From contig CALRCK010000002.1 in assembly GCA_943354605.1 (NCBI GenBank), forward strand, positions 6,280 to 70,279: a DNA stretch of 64,000 nt. The letters run 5' to 3'. A model generated the notes under the pieces. The model did no database searches. It was not told the origin of the DNA and saw only the letters and a program-made list of their open reading frames with translations. Origin of the DNA: Candidatus Uhrbacteria bacterium (GTDB lineage Bacteria > Patescibacteriota > Patescibacteriia > UBA9934). This document shows positions 8,487 through 17,433 of this stretch, piece by piece (within the stretch, counting starts at the first letter, position 1; each line of letters begins with the position of its first letter). The position numbers were made by a program, and so were the translations under genes.

Positions 8487-9728
8487 CTAGTCGGACTTTG
8501 GCCGCTCCACGAGCGTTGCGGTAACCGTCTTTTCATCGCCATCATGCAATATCTTCAACGTGACCGTATCGCCAACTGCTTTTTGACGGAGCTCCGTGGC
8601 GAGTTGATGCGTGCTATCAAGTTTTACCCCATCAACCTCGGTAATAATGTCGTTCTCCTCAATGCCCGCCTTGTCTGCCGGCGAACCCGGAACCACTGCA
8701 AGCGTTTTGCCGTCGTTTCCACGAATCACCAGCGCGCCATCTGTGACCGGAAGATCGTTCGCTTTCGCGTAATCCGCGTCAATCACAACATATCGCACAC
8801 CAAGATACGGCTGAACAATCCGACCATTCTGACGAATAGAATCCACCGTTGCTTTTACCGTATTACTCGGAAGGGAGAATGATATGTTTTCTCCCCCACT
8901 ACTTGTTGCGACGTTTACACCAATCACATGACCGGAAAGATCGAGTAATGGACCACCAGAGTTCCCCGGATTGATTGCCGCATCGGTCTGCAATACATCA
9001 GAAAGTAATTCCGAACCGCCGTTGCTTCCTGCGGTAATGGACCGCGACAAACCGGAAATAACGCCAACGGAAACCGTGTTCCGGAATTGTCCGAGTGCAT
9101 TGCCGATTGCCACCACAGACTGGCCAACCTTTACCGTGTCCGAATCACCAAATTCCAAATAGGACAAGTTGGACGCATCAATTTTCAAGACCGCAATATC
9201 CAACGTGCTGTCTGCCGCAACCACTGTCGCATCATGCTTGCTCTCGTCGTTTAGCAACACGGTGTACTTTGCGTCCTTATCGCTCACCACGTGTGCGTTC
9301 GTGACGATGTATCCATCATCCGACACAATAAATCCGCTTCCTCCACCAATCTCTTTTTCCTCGGTTCCATTTTGCCGATACTGCGGCATGGAGAACCCAA
9401 AAATCCCAAATGGATTATTCTGCCCGTCTTGATTGAGAATTTGTTCCATCTTTGGCACGTCTTTTGTAATAACGATGGACACCACCGCCGGATCTACAGC
9501 ATCGACCACGTCAACGACATCTGAATGATTCCCCGCGGAATCCGTGAGATTCTTTTCTGTCACCGCATGGTCGACAATCGATTGCAACCGATCCCGAAGC
9601 GAATCCTTGAGCGGTGAGTACAACACCAAACTCAAACCAACCGCAACAAGGACCACCTGACACAGCACCGCACCAATAAACCCAACGAACAGCGACGGAA
9701 GGTGTTGCCTGAGTATCTGTTTGTCCAT
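8487..9728 (-). CDS. HtrA/DegP-type serine protease (S1C) with a PDZ domain.
   Basis: It has catalytic-triad context (TNAHVV, D, GNSGGPLLD), a C-terminal PDZ domain and an N-terminal TM helix. The start is chosen at MDKQIL (ATG). Confidence 0.9.
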   Translation of the reverse strand: MDKQILRQHLPSLFVGFIGAVLCQVVLVAVGLSLVLYSPLKDSLRDRLQSIVDHAVTEKNLTDSAGNHSDVVDVVDAVDPAVVSIVITKDVPKMEQILNQDGQNNPFGIFGFSMPQYRQNGTEEKEIGGGSGFIVSDDGYIVTNAHVVSDKDAKYTVLLNDESKHDATVVAADSTLDIAVLKIDASNLSYLEFGDSDTVKVGQSVVAIGNALGQFRNTVSVGVISGLSRSITAGSNGGSELLSDVLQTDAAINPGNSGGPLLDLSGHVIGVNVATSSGGENISFSLPSNTVKATVDSIRQNGRIVQPYLGVRYVVIDADYAKANDLPVTDGALVIRGNDGKTLAVVPGSPADKAGIEENDIITEVDGVKLDSTHQLATELRQKAVGDTVTLKILHDGDEKTVTATLVERPKSD

Positions 9729-9844
9729 ACAGATCAATAATCGATAAGAATATCTTTGAACCACCCGAGAGTATAGATCGAGCGCAAAACAGATTCCAGT
9801 TCCCGCTTCATCGATGATTCATGATTCCGGTATACTGCGGGCGT

Positions 9845-10759
9845 ATGAGCACCCAGGTCGTTATTCTCGGCTACGGAGAGTTTGGGAAAGCCATTCATCA
9901 CCTCCTCCTTCCGCAAACGGACGTGACGGTGACGTGTTGGGATAAGAACAGCGACATCATTCCCGAGCAACATCCGTTACAAACCATTATCCCAACGTGC
10001 GATGTGCTGTTTGTGTGCGTGCCAACATGGACGACACGGTCTGCACTCCAAAGCATCCATCCATTCCTCAATCCAAAAACCATTGTCGTCAGCCCGTCCA
10101 AAGGATTTGAAAAAGAAACCTGTCGTCGCGTCGATACGTTGTTTCCGCAAAATCTCCCAAACCACAACCCGTTCGTTTTTCTTGGCGGGCCAATGATTGC
10201 GGAAGAAATACTTGCAGGTCTTCCGGCAATCGGCGTTGCTGCAAGTACGTCGGTGGACGCGCGATCTGTTGTTGCAACACTTTTTGACCGCACGCCGCTC
10301 GTCGTGTGCCAAACGGACGATCTTGCTGGAGCAGTTCTCGCGGCGGCACTCAAAAATATTTACGCCCTCGGCCTTGGCATTTGCGACGGCCTCCAGATGG
10401 GCAGCAACATTCATGGCGCTCTGGTTGCGCAAGCGACACGAGAAATGATGCACATGATCGAAACGATCGGTGGCAATCCGCAGACGGCATTCGGCCCCGC
10501 AGGACTCGGCGACCTTGTGGCTACCGCACAAAGCGCGAACTCCACGAACTACACCACCGGCACTCGATTTGCGCAAAACCTCAAACCCGTCCGCGGAAGC
10601 GAAGCACTCAACACCATCCCCTGCATCGTGAACATTCCAGGGGTCGTGCTTGCAGACATTCCGTTCCTCAGATCAATTTACGGCGTTGTTGTTGAAAAAA
10701 GCCCGGCCAGAGAAGCGTTTCTCACAGCGCTTCTTGCGCTTTGCCCAAAAACGGTCTAA
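9845..10759 (+). CDS. gpsA: NAD(P)H-dependent glycerol-3-phosphate dehydrogenase.
   Basis: It has a Rossmann N-terminus (VVILGYGEFGKAI) and the GpsA C-terminal motifs KNIYALGLGICDGL, GSN and GLGDL. The start is chosen at MSTQVV. Confidence 0.75.
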   Translation: MSTQVVILGYGEFGKAIHHLLLPQTDVTVTCWDKNSDIIPEQHPLQTIIPTCDVLFVCVPTWTTRSALQSIHPFLNPKTIVVSPSKGFEKETCRRVDTLFPQNLPNHNPFVFLGGPMIAEEILAGLPAIGVAASTSVDARSVVATLFDRTPLVVCQTDDLAGAVLAAALKNIYALGLGICDGLQMGSNIHGALVAQATREMMHMIETIGGNPQTAFGPAGLGDLVATAQSANSTNYTTGTRFAQNLKPVRGSEALNTIPCIVNIPGVVLADIPFLRSIYGVVVEKSPAREAFLTALLALCPKTV

Positions 10760-10786
10760 CACTATTCCATACTCTTTACCCATACT

Positions 10787-11530
10787 ATGCCTCTCTTTCT
10801 TCTGTTCATCGCGGTCGTTGTGATTCTCGTGTCGCTCCGCCAGATTAACCAGTACGAACGTGGTGTGAAGTTCACCATGGGCCGATATTCAAACATGGTG
10901 GATCCGGGTTGGCGTATCGTGTTCCCTATCTTCCAGTCGATGACCAAGGTGGATCTTCGGTTGAAGGCGGTGGAGGTTCCACCACAAGACGCCATTACGA
11001 AGGACAACGTATCTGCAAAAATCACCGCAGTCATCTATTACAAAATTGTTGACGCGATGAAGTCGGTCATTGAAGTAGAGCACGTCCACTGGGCCGTGTC
11101 TCAGCTTGCACAGACGACGATGCGCAACGTGATCGGCGAAGTGACATTGGACGAGCTCCTTTCACAACGACAGCAGATTTCCGATCGCATTGAGCAACTG
11201 GTGGAAGCAGCAACGACCGGCTGGGGCGTGGAAGTAACGGCGGTCGAACTAAAGGACATCAACCTGCCACCGGAAATGGTGCGCACCATTGCAAAGCAGG
11301 CCGAAGCCGAGCGCGAGCGCCGCGCCGTCATCATCAGCTCCGAAGGCGAAGTGGCTGCCGCAGAAAATCTTGCAAAAGCCGCATCGGTTCTGGCCGTCGC
11401 TCCAGGCGCTTTGCACCTCCGCACACTGAACTCCATCAACGACATTTCGTCCGATCAATCCAACACCGTGGTGTTCGCAGTTCCACTGGAAGTACTGAAA
11501 GCGATCGAAGGATTCAAGAAAGGAATGTAA
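10787..11530 (+). CDS. SPFH/band-7 (stomatin/prohibitin-like) membrane protein.
   Basis: It has an N-terminal TM helix followed by INQYERGV.F..GR and a Glu/Ala-rich coiled coil (QAEAERERRAVI). Confidence 0.9.
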   Translation: MPLFLLFIAVVVILVSLRQINQYERGVKFTMGRYSNMVDPGWRIVFPIFQSMTKVDLRLKAVEVPPQDAITKDNVSAKITAVIYYKIVDAMKSVIEVEHVHWAVSQLAQTTMRNVIGEVTLDELLSQRQQISDRIEQLVEAATTGWGVEVTAVELKDINLPPEMVRTIAKQAEAERERRAVIISSEGEVAAAENLAKAASVLAVAPGALHLRTLNSINDISSDQSNTVVFAVPLEVLKAIEGFKKGM

Positions 11531-11551
11531 GAAATCCTCAACCTCCAAACC

Positions 11552-11590
11552 AATACCGAGCCCGCAAGGCTCGGTATTGAATTTTCCTGT
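11552..11590 (+). terminator. Terminator hairpin after the SPFH gene.
   Basis: The hairpin aataccgagc-ccgcaagg-ctcggtatt is followed by a T-rich stretch. Confidence 0.55.
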
Positions 11591-11624
11591 AAAATCGGCT
11601 AACGTAAGCCACGGAGACTTGCCA

Positions 11625-12083
11625 ATGGATCAACGTACAGTCAATACGGACAAACTCACCTTCGCCCTCATCATCATCGGCGTACTGACCATCGTCGGCG
11701 CCCTCATGTACAGCCGTCCGGCACACAGCGCCACACGAATCGATGTCACGAAGGCCATCGCCAAGACAAAGGCCGCCGGTACCCACTCGATGGCGACAGT
11801 GCCACTCGACAAGGGCGGCGTCTTCGTCCTCGACGTCTGGGAATTCCGCCCGAACGGATGCGAGAAGAACGTCGGAGTGAACATCACCATCCCCATGGAC
11901 TCGCCCACGGCCGTGACCCTCATCGCGTTCAAGCCGATGGTCGTGGACAGCAAGACGGCGGCCGTGGCCTTCATCGACATGAACGGTGACGGCATCGTAG
12001 ACGACGTGGCCAACACCACGATGACCGTCCAAGCCGCTCAGCCGATGTACGACGCCATCGTGGAGTGCGTCGCGCGGCAGTGA
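11625..12083 (+). CDS. Hypothetical membrane-anchored protein in high-GC island 1.
   Basis: The 11577-12160 segment is about 62% GC with GC3-biased codons, against about 50% for the flanks. It has an N-terminal TM helix and then a soluble domain. The start is chosen at MDQRTV. Confidence 0.45.
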   Translation: MDQRTVNTDKLTFALIIIGVLTIVGALMYSRPAHSATRIDVTKAIAKTKAAGTHSMATVPLDKGGVFVLDVWEFRPNGCEKNVGVNITIPMDSPTAVTLIAFKPMVVDSKTAAVAFIDMNGDGIVDDVANTTMTVQAAQPMYDAIVECVARQ

Positions 12084-12163
12084 CGCTTCCGTCACGCACA
12101 GCAACCAAACGCGACGACGCAGTGGCCCGGACTTCCGCAAGGAGGCCCGGGCCGTGCACGTTT

Positions 12164-12652
12164 TTACCGCTTGTTCACAATTTCCATCACCACATCCAGC
12201 GCACCAGAAGGGATCTTTTTTCTCCACTCGTCCACCTTGCCGCTCACGATTGCCGCACGAATCGCGGCGCCGTCGATGCCAGGAACCGGAACAATCTTTT
12301 TTGTTGGAATTTTTTTCTCGTCGAACATCGCCCGAATCTCGTCTCGCCCACTCCAAACGAGTGGCTCCGCTGGCCTGCCAGCAGCATCAAGTATGGCGTC
12401 AACCCACTGTTCGTCTGTCGGCTTATCGACGACGTCGACAATCGTCGCTTCAGTAATATCCCCCGCAAGCAATGCCGCGCTAATCATTTCGTGACGCTGC
12501 GCCACCGTAAACGGCGTGTCGGCACCATGCTCTGACTTGCCTTCACAGATCGCGATGGTGGCATTGCCATGAATTTTCATCATGCCTTGCACCACAAGCA
12601 AGTGGCCTTCGTGGAATGGCTGAAACCGACCAGGAAAAATACAGGTGGACAT
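12164..12652 (-). CDS. Cytidylyltransferase-like nucleotidyltransferase, probably an NMN adenylyltransferase.
   Basis: A 162-aa protein with GRFQPFHEGH (an (H/T)xGH motif) near the N-terminus and a C-terminal SGxxxR-like region. Confidence 0.7.
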   Translation of the reverse strand: MSTCIFPGRFQPFHEGHLLVVQGMMKIHGNATIAICEGKSEHGADTPFTVAQRHEMISAALLAGDITEATIVDVVDKPTDEQWVDAILDAAGRPAEPLVWSGRDEIRAMFDEKKIPTKKIVPVPGIDGAAIRAAIVSGKVDEWRKKIPSGALDVVMEIVNKR

Positions 12653-12696
12653 AGGAAATGACGGAATAAAATCCGCAAGGAATTGATAGGATTATT

Positions 12697-13389
12697 TTAC
12701 CGTGAAATCAATCCGAGTGGAATATCAATCTTCGAAAGCGCACAAACCCCTAATCCTCGTCGCGATAATGCGGAAAGATAGCCGACAGACTCTGGATCGA
12801 CTCCGGCTCTGTGCACCGCAACAGTATCGACCGCAACCGAATCGAAGCTCGCAAGCACAATGCCGGCAGTGGCGGTGCCGTCGATGATTGCGAGATCGAT
12901 CGGTCTCTGTGCGTACAAATCGGCGAGGACAATATCGCGCAAATCCCCTTCTAACCACGGCTCGTGACTGCGAACAAATCCGTGCGCCGTTCTCCGTTCT
13001 GGCACGTACCATGTTGCAAAAAGGAACTGTTCTATGGTGAATGCGGTTCGCCGATTGCGATCCGCGAGCATTGGCGCGATGGAAATCACGACATCGGCGT
13101 CGATGATGGATCGAGGTCGGCGAACGGGCATACGGACATCGTCCCCTCGAGGGATCGACGATTCAACACCATCGATCTCATCGTCCGCATTCAACACATG
13201 AATCGGCACGCGACTGTGAAAATGGATCGCGTCAACGACGGCCTGAGTTGATTCGTCCGATGCTGTCGAAACGATACAAATCGACTTTGCCGATTTTACG
13301 AAATCAACAAACACCAAACCAAGGTCCTCAATCACCTCCCGAATCGCGACCAGCGAATCATTCCCCTGCGCCACAGCAACTTTTGGCAT
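12697..13389 (-). CDS. DUF362-like protein.
   Basis: An N-terminal MPKVAVAQGND... resembles the DUF362 family start. Support is weak. Confidence 0.35.
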   Translation of the reverse strand: MPKVAVAQGNDSLVAIREVIEDLGLVFVDFVKSAKSICIVSTASDESTQAVVDAIHFHSRVPIHVLNADDEIDGVESSIPRGDDVRMPVRRPRSIIDADVVISIAPMLADRNRRTAFTIEQFLFATWYVPERRTAHGFVRSHEPWLEGDLRDIVLADLYAQRPIDLAIIDGTATAGIVLASFDSVAVDTVAVHRAGVDPESVGYLSALSRRGLGVCALSKIDIPLGLISR

Positions 13390-13408
13390 AATGCTTCATT
13401 CCCTTCCG

Positions 13409-13475
13409 GTCATCCCCGCGAAGGCGGGGATCTAGAGTGTTCGAATTGATGGATCCCCGCCTTCGCGGGGATGAC
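13409..13475. repeat. Perfect 24-bp inverted repeat: GTCATCCCCGCGAAGGCGGGGATC, a 19-nt spacer, then GATCCCCGCCTTCGCGGGGATGAC.
   Basis: Read directly. Related copies are at 20927-20952 and, degenerate, at 51666-51790. It sits at the boundary of high-GC island 2. Confidence 0.7.
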
Positions 13476-13591
13476 AGAGTAAATAATTCAGCTACTCCGA
13501 TTGTACCGTATAAAAACGAACTGCGGGCCGGGAGACTTTCGTCTTCCGGCCCGCCGTCGTGAGTCACCGTGATGTCACCGGTCACCCAACC

Positions 13592-14851
13592 TCAGGTCTG
13601 CTCGCACCAGGCCACGAAGGTCTGGATACGTTCGATCGCCTTGCTGTCCTCGACCACCCGACCCTCGAACTTGATCTTCGCGCCGCGAACGGCGTTCAAC
13701 ATCCGCTCGATGGTGGGCCAGGTGTGGGGCACCGGCCGTTCCGCGTGGAGCCGTGCAACCGTCGCCGGGCTGAGGGCCTGGATCCGATCAGCAAGGCTCC
13801 TATTGGAGTCGCTGATGAAGATCGGACCGGTCCCCTTCGACTTCTTCTCGCCGTTGATCGTCCGTTCGAGCTCGGCCAGCGCCGCCTTCGAGGGGCGGGG
13901 ACTGGAGGGCACGGTGGACGAGCGGTTGGCGCGGAGGTGGTCGAAGATGTTGAACGGCTTCTTCGGCGCGTTCGCTTCGGCGGCCTTGCGAGCCTCCTCC
14001 GCGATGCGGGCGGCTTCGGCCTTGGCCTTCGCCGCCTCAGCCGCACGGTAGCGGACGACCGCGGCCTCAAGGCCGCGACTGACGGAGCTGAGCCAAGCCA
14101 GGTCTGCGCATCGGCCGTTCTCCAGGAACCAGCCGCGGGTGAGGGCACCGTTCCAGGCGTAGGCGAACGCGCCGTCGTCCATGCTCTGAACGAACGTCGC
14201 GAACTCCGTGTACGCGGTAGCGAGGTCCCATTCCGCATCGAGGCGAGCACGCTCCGCAGCGGCCTGGCGCTCGGCCTCGGCGGCCTCCTTCTGCCGATAG
14301 TCGCCCATCGCGGAGTCGAACACGGCTTGGGTCTTGCCGACCCAGTCCATGTCGCCATGCGAGATGTTCTCTTCGAACCAGCTCCGGGGGTACTTGCCGC
14401 CCCAGGTCTGGACGAAGAAGGCATCGGGCGCCTGGCGGACGACGGAGAGGAACGAATCGCGAGCGTTCTGCAGCTCCCGCCACTTCTGCTCCGCGGCTTC
14501 GGCGGCCTTGCGGGCTTCGGCGGCCTTACGGGCCTCCTCGGCGCGGGCGGCTTCGGCCTTGGCCTCGGCTTCCGCGGCGGCCTTGCGCTCGGCCGCGAGT
14601 CGGGCGAGGCGGGCCTCCTCGAGCTTCGCCTGGTGCGCGGCCTCGTCGAGGGCCTTCTGCGCGAGATCAGTCGCCATGCTGCGGTTCCGCCGCTTCACCC
14701 CGGCGGGGTTCATGCGGAGGATGGGGATGACGACGTCGTCGCGGCCGTAGTCGGGGCCCCAGGCACGACCCATGTTGCGGTCGGCACGGAAGGCAAAGGC
14801 GTCTTCGACACGGGAGGCACGGGAGGCGAAGTGTGCGGCGTTGCTGGACAT
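13592..14851 (-). CDS. Hypothetical Ala/Glu-rich coiled-coil protein with internal Trp-rich repeats, in high-GC island 2.
   Basis: The 13490-14900 segment is about 65% GC. It has AEAARKAAE repeats and two related modules (FFVQTWGGKYPRSWFEENISHGDMDWVG and FAYAWNGALTRGWFLENGRCADLAWL). The antisense 431-aa ORF is an artifact. Confidence 0.5.
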   Translation of the reverse strand: MSSNAAHFASRASRVEDAFAFRADRNMGRAWGPDYGRDDVVIPILRMNPAGVKRRNRSMATDLAQKALDEAAHQAKLEEARLARLAAERKAAAEAEAKAEAARAEEARKAAEARKAAEAAEQKWRELQNARDSFLSVVRQAPDAFFVQTWGGKYPRSWFEENISHGDMDWVGKTQAVFDSAMGDYRQKEAAEAERQAAAERARLDAEWDLATAYTEFATFVQSMDDGAFAYAWNGALTRGWFLENGRCADLAWLSSVSRGLEAAVVRYRAAEAAKAKAEAARIAEEARKAAEANAPKKPFNIFDHLRANRSSTVPSSPRPSKAALAELERTINGEKKSKGTGPIFISDSNRSLADRIQALSPATVARLHAERPVPHTWPTIERMLNAVRGAKIKFEGRVVEDSKAIERIQTFVAWCEQT

Positions 14852-15112
14852 TGAAGGTTCTCCGGGTGGGATCAGTGGGGTAACGGGACAGGAAGGATGT
14901 GGGGGAGAATTCCCTCCACGAAAGCCCGCTGAATAGCCTATTCAACAGATTTTCGCAGAAAGAATGCACATCTCATAACCCTATACTATAGCAGAAAAAG
15001 GCGTTTTTGTCAATAAAAATGGCTAATATGAGCGAAAAAAGAAGCCTTTCTAGGGTATTCCACTTTGATGATTCTCTTGTGTTGCGATACACTTCGCTTC
15101 GATCGAACAGAT

Positions 15113-15239
15113 CAGGATTTTCTTATTTCAGACCAGTTTCGGTGCGCGACAAAAGCATAAGCACCAAGCCGTACTTCTCAGTACGCCCTCGATCATGCCG
15201 AGGAAGTAAGCCGAAAATTGGCAAATAAGGATATCCTGC
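15113..15239 (+). ncRNA. Conserved structured intergenic element, copy 4.
   Basis: Its core is AGTTTCGGTGCGCG...CCGTACTTCTCAGTACGCC...GCCGAAAATTGGCAA. The closing stem is caggat / atcctg. It ends 1 nt before the tRNA-Gln 5' end. Confidence 0.5.
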
Positions 15240-15240
15240 A

Positions 15241-15314
15241 TTCCGGGATCGTCTAACGGCAGGACAGCGGCCTTTGAAGCCGTGAACCGTGGTTCGAATC
15301 CACGTCCCGGAACC
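15241..15314 (+). tRNA. tRNA-Gln (anticodon TTG). CCA is encoded.
   Basis: The acceptor stem is tccggga/tcccgga. The T-arm is cgtgg-TTCGAAT-ccacg. The anticodon loop is cTTTGAAg. Confidence 0.8.
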
Positions 15315-15417
15315 ATCACGACCTGTTCCTACAGACCGGAACAGGGGGTGACCAAGAAAACCCGCCTCCAGTAATGGAAGCGGGTTTTCGATTGAGATAT
15401 GCTAATATGATCTGCAT

Positions 15418-15708
15418 ATGAGCAAACAAATGCGAAATCGTATCTTGATCAGCGTAATTGTTGGATTCATTCTGACGTTTGCATCGTTCGGCATACGAGA
15501 AAAGAATTCTCCCCTTGGGTATCCGAAAGTTAGTGCGGGTTATCCAAGAGCTTACTTGAGGGACGCTGGCGGTGTCAGTGTCGAAGGGTCACTTGGTCCA
15601 GAGGATTATTTTTCTCTGGGAGATTTTTTTATTGACGTGCTCGCATTCACCCTTGCAGCAAATGCTGTAGTTGAGCTGGGACAACAAGTAAAACGAGAAA
15701 AGAGTTGA
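15418..15708 (+). CDS. Small two-TM membrane protein directly upstream of the MazF-like gene.
   Basis: A 96-aa protein with hydrophobic helices at both ends. It lies in an AT-rich (about 40% GC) islet 3' of tRNA-Gln. There is a 7-nt gap to the next gene. Confidence 0.4.
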   Translation: MSKQMRNRILISVIVGFILTFASFGIREKNSPLGYPKVSAGYPRAYLRDAGGVSVEGSLGPEDYFSLGDFFIDVLAFTLAANAVVELGQQVKREKS

Positions 15709-15715
15709 GGATCTT

Positions 15716-16144
15716 ATGACTGCTCGTGGCATACTTAACTCAGTACAGCGATTCATCGCTTGGACGAACAGAAAAATCACTATCCATTTCGAAGATCGCT
15801 CAGAGTTCTATTTTTATGAGCGAGAAGTTTGGTGGGCGAGCTTGGGTGAAAATGTTGGATCGGAAACGAACGGTAAGAATTTTCATTTTGAACGTCCCAT
15901 CGTGATTGTGAAAAAATTCAGCAAAGATATGCTTTTCGTGATACCCACAACGACGAAAACTAAAGTTGGAACATGGTATCAGCCAATTGAATACGGTGAC
16001 ATAAAAACTCAGGCAATTTTAGCTCAAGCAAGGACCATTAGCGCAAAACGACTCATTCGAAAAATTGGCAATCTTTCACCAGAACAATTTCAACCACTCA
16101 TTGAAGGATTCGTTGCGCTTATAAAAACGAATTCCTCGACGTGA
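15716..16144 (+). CDS. PemK/MazF-family endoribonuclease toxin-like protein with a roughly 35-aa N-terminal extension.
   Basis: EVWWASLGENVGSETNGK...RPIVIV aligns to MazF/Kid GDIWxVDLDPTxGSEQxGxRPxVV. FVIPTTTKTK and the C-terminal ARTIS...L..I also match the fold. Confidence 0.55.
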   Translation: MTARGILNSVQRFIAWTNRKITIHFEDRSEFYFYEREVWWASLGENVGSETNGKNFHFERPIVIVKKFSKDMLFVIPTTTKTKVGTWYQPIEYGDIKTQAILAQARTISAKRLIRKIGNLSPEQFQPLIEGFVALIKTNSST

Positions 16145-16156
16145 GTCGAGGAATTC
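16129..16156 (+). terminator. Perfect 12-bp hairpin overlapping the MazF-like stop codon.
   Basis: The sequence is gaattcctcgac-gtga-gtcgaggaattc. Confidence 0.4.
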
Positions 16157-16308
16157 TCGGAGCTTCTTACGAAGCCAATGTAATTATAGAATACCACACC
16201 GCGTCATTTCGTCAATCAGTTTCTATTGAATTCTATCCGACCGGGACAGGGTCGGCGGACATATAGGAGGAAGCTCCAAAGTCACCGATAGGTTACAATA
16301 CACACACT

Positions 16309-17280
16309 ATGCCTCTTCTCGATTCCCTTGGGCGCGCAGCGAAATCCGTCGTCGTCCCCACAACGCTCGCCATCAGCGGCTGCGGAGCCCTCCCGGATGG
16401 AGCGAACACACCAAACGATGAACAGTACGACAGAATTGGGTATCTCGTTGATGTTGCCGACGACGCAAGACCCATCGTTAGAGAAATCGTACACTCAATG
16501 GATGGTGGGTGGGTGGACGCGCACGGCACCGTCGATAATCCCGAAGCAATGATCGATGCCGTCGACAAGGCACAAGAAACGCTCGACTACTACTGGGCGA
16601 ACGGAAATTTCTATGTTGGACCAACGTCGGTGATGGCTAGGGTCGATGGCAACGCCGTTGGATTTCACTCCCCCGCCGACAGCACGCCAACCGATCGTTC
16701 GGACAATTATATCGTCCTCAACTCCGACAAGGAAGACGAGTGGAAATCTGAGCTTGTGGTGCACGAATCCACCCATTTTTTTATGTCGCACGATGCCACC
16801 ATTGAAAGCGACCTCCTTGCAACAGAAGACGCAAGCTACACAAATCCCGAGATTGCAAAAATTATCCGGCGGCACAACGACCTCGCATACATGCACACCG
16901 GTTTGTACGCCGGTCCAAGTAATCTCCTTATTTCACTCGACCTATACCGTCGCGACAGACTTGCCGAAGCGCGCGCCGCTATTGCTGCCGGCAACACACG
17001 AGAGGCAATGCAGCAACTCAAAATGGATTTGGACATGGGCAATACGGACGAATGGATTTTAGACAAAGCCCAGTGGATTACCGAGCGATCCGTGTTCTAC
17101 GCCGAATTTGGCATCACCACAGAAATCCTTGCTGATGACCTTTCGGAAGCGGGATTGTACGAGTCAGAAATGGAAAAACGGACTAAAATTATTGACGAAC
17201 TCACCAAAGAAATCAGCGAACATCACAAGGAAGCGATTCGCGAAATTCAACTTCCGCCTATCGAATGGAACGTAAACTGA
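16309..17280 (+). CDS. Putative lipoprotein with an HExxH motif.
   Basis: It has a signal/lipobox-like TLAISGCGA and an HESTH metal-binding motif. There is no further family assignment. Confidence 0.4.
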   Translation: MPLLDSLGRAAKSVVVPTTLAISGCGALPDGANTPNDEQYDRIGYLVDVADDARPIVREIVHSMDGGWVDAHGTVDNPEAMIDAVDKAQETLDYYWANGNFYVGPTSVMARVDGNAVGFHSPADSTPTDRSDNYIVLNSDKEDEWKSELVVHESTHFFMSHDATIESDLLATEDASYTNPEIAKIIRRHNDLAYMHTGLYAGPSNLLISLDLYRRDRLAEARAAIAAGNTREAMQQLKMDLDMGNTDEWILDKAQWITERSVFYAEFGITTEILADDLSEAGLYESEMEKRTKIIDELTKEISEHHKEAIREIQLPPIEWNVN

Positions 17281-17349
17281 AAGAACGTTCTCATTTGAGA
17301 CCAGTTTCCGATGATCTGAGTCGAAAATGGGCCAAAGGAGAACGTTCTC
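17281..17349 (+). ncRNA. Truncated mini-copy of the conserved element, with both ends and closing stem but no central core.
   Basis: The sequence aagaacgttctc-atttgagaccagtttc...gtcgaaaatgggccaaagga-gagaacgttctc retains the 5' motif, the 3' CGAAAAT.GGCCAAAGGAG motif and a GAACGTTC-containing stem. Confidence 0.4.
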
Positions 17350-17433
17350 ATAAACGCCGAACGTCCCCCTTCCCTCCGTGCTTCCGCATGAAGTTCCAGG
17401 GGACGTCGCGTGCCGTACGTTGTGTGCGCCTCA

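Noticed and set aside
13559-14854. A 431-aa plus-strand ORF and other long ORFs (13696-14424, 14067-14483) in the 13.5-14.9 kb region.
   Set aside because: They are antisense or alternate-frame artefacts typical of a 65% GC segment, with Gly/Arg/Pro-rich low-complexity translations. The coherent product is the 13592-14851 minus-strand gene.
14852-15112. The AT-rich 260-bp spacer upstream of element copy 4 as a definable promoter.
   Set aside because: Several weak TTGnnn / TAnnnT combinations are present but none has correct spacing. It is probably a divergent promoter region, but no specific call is supportable.
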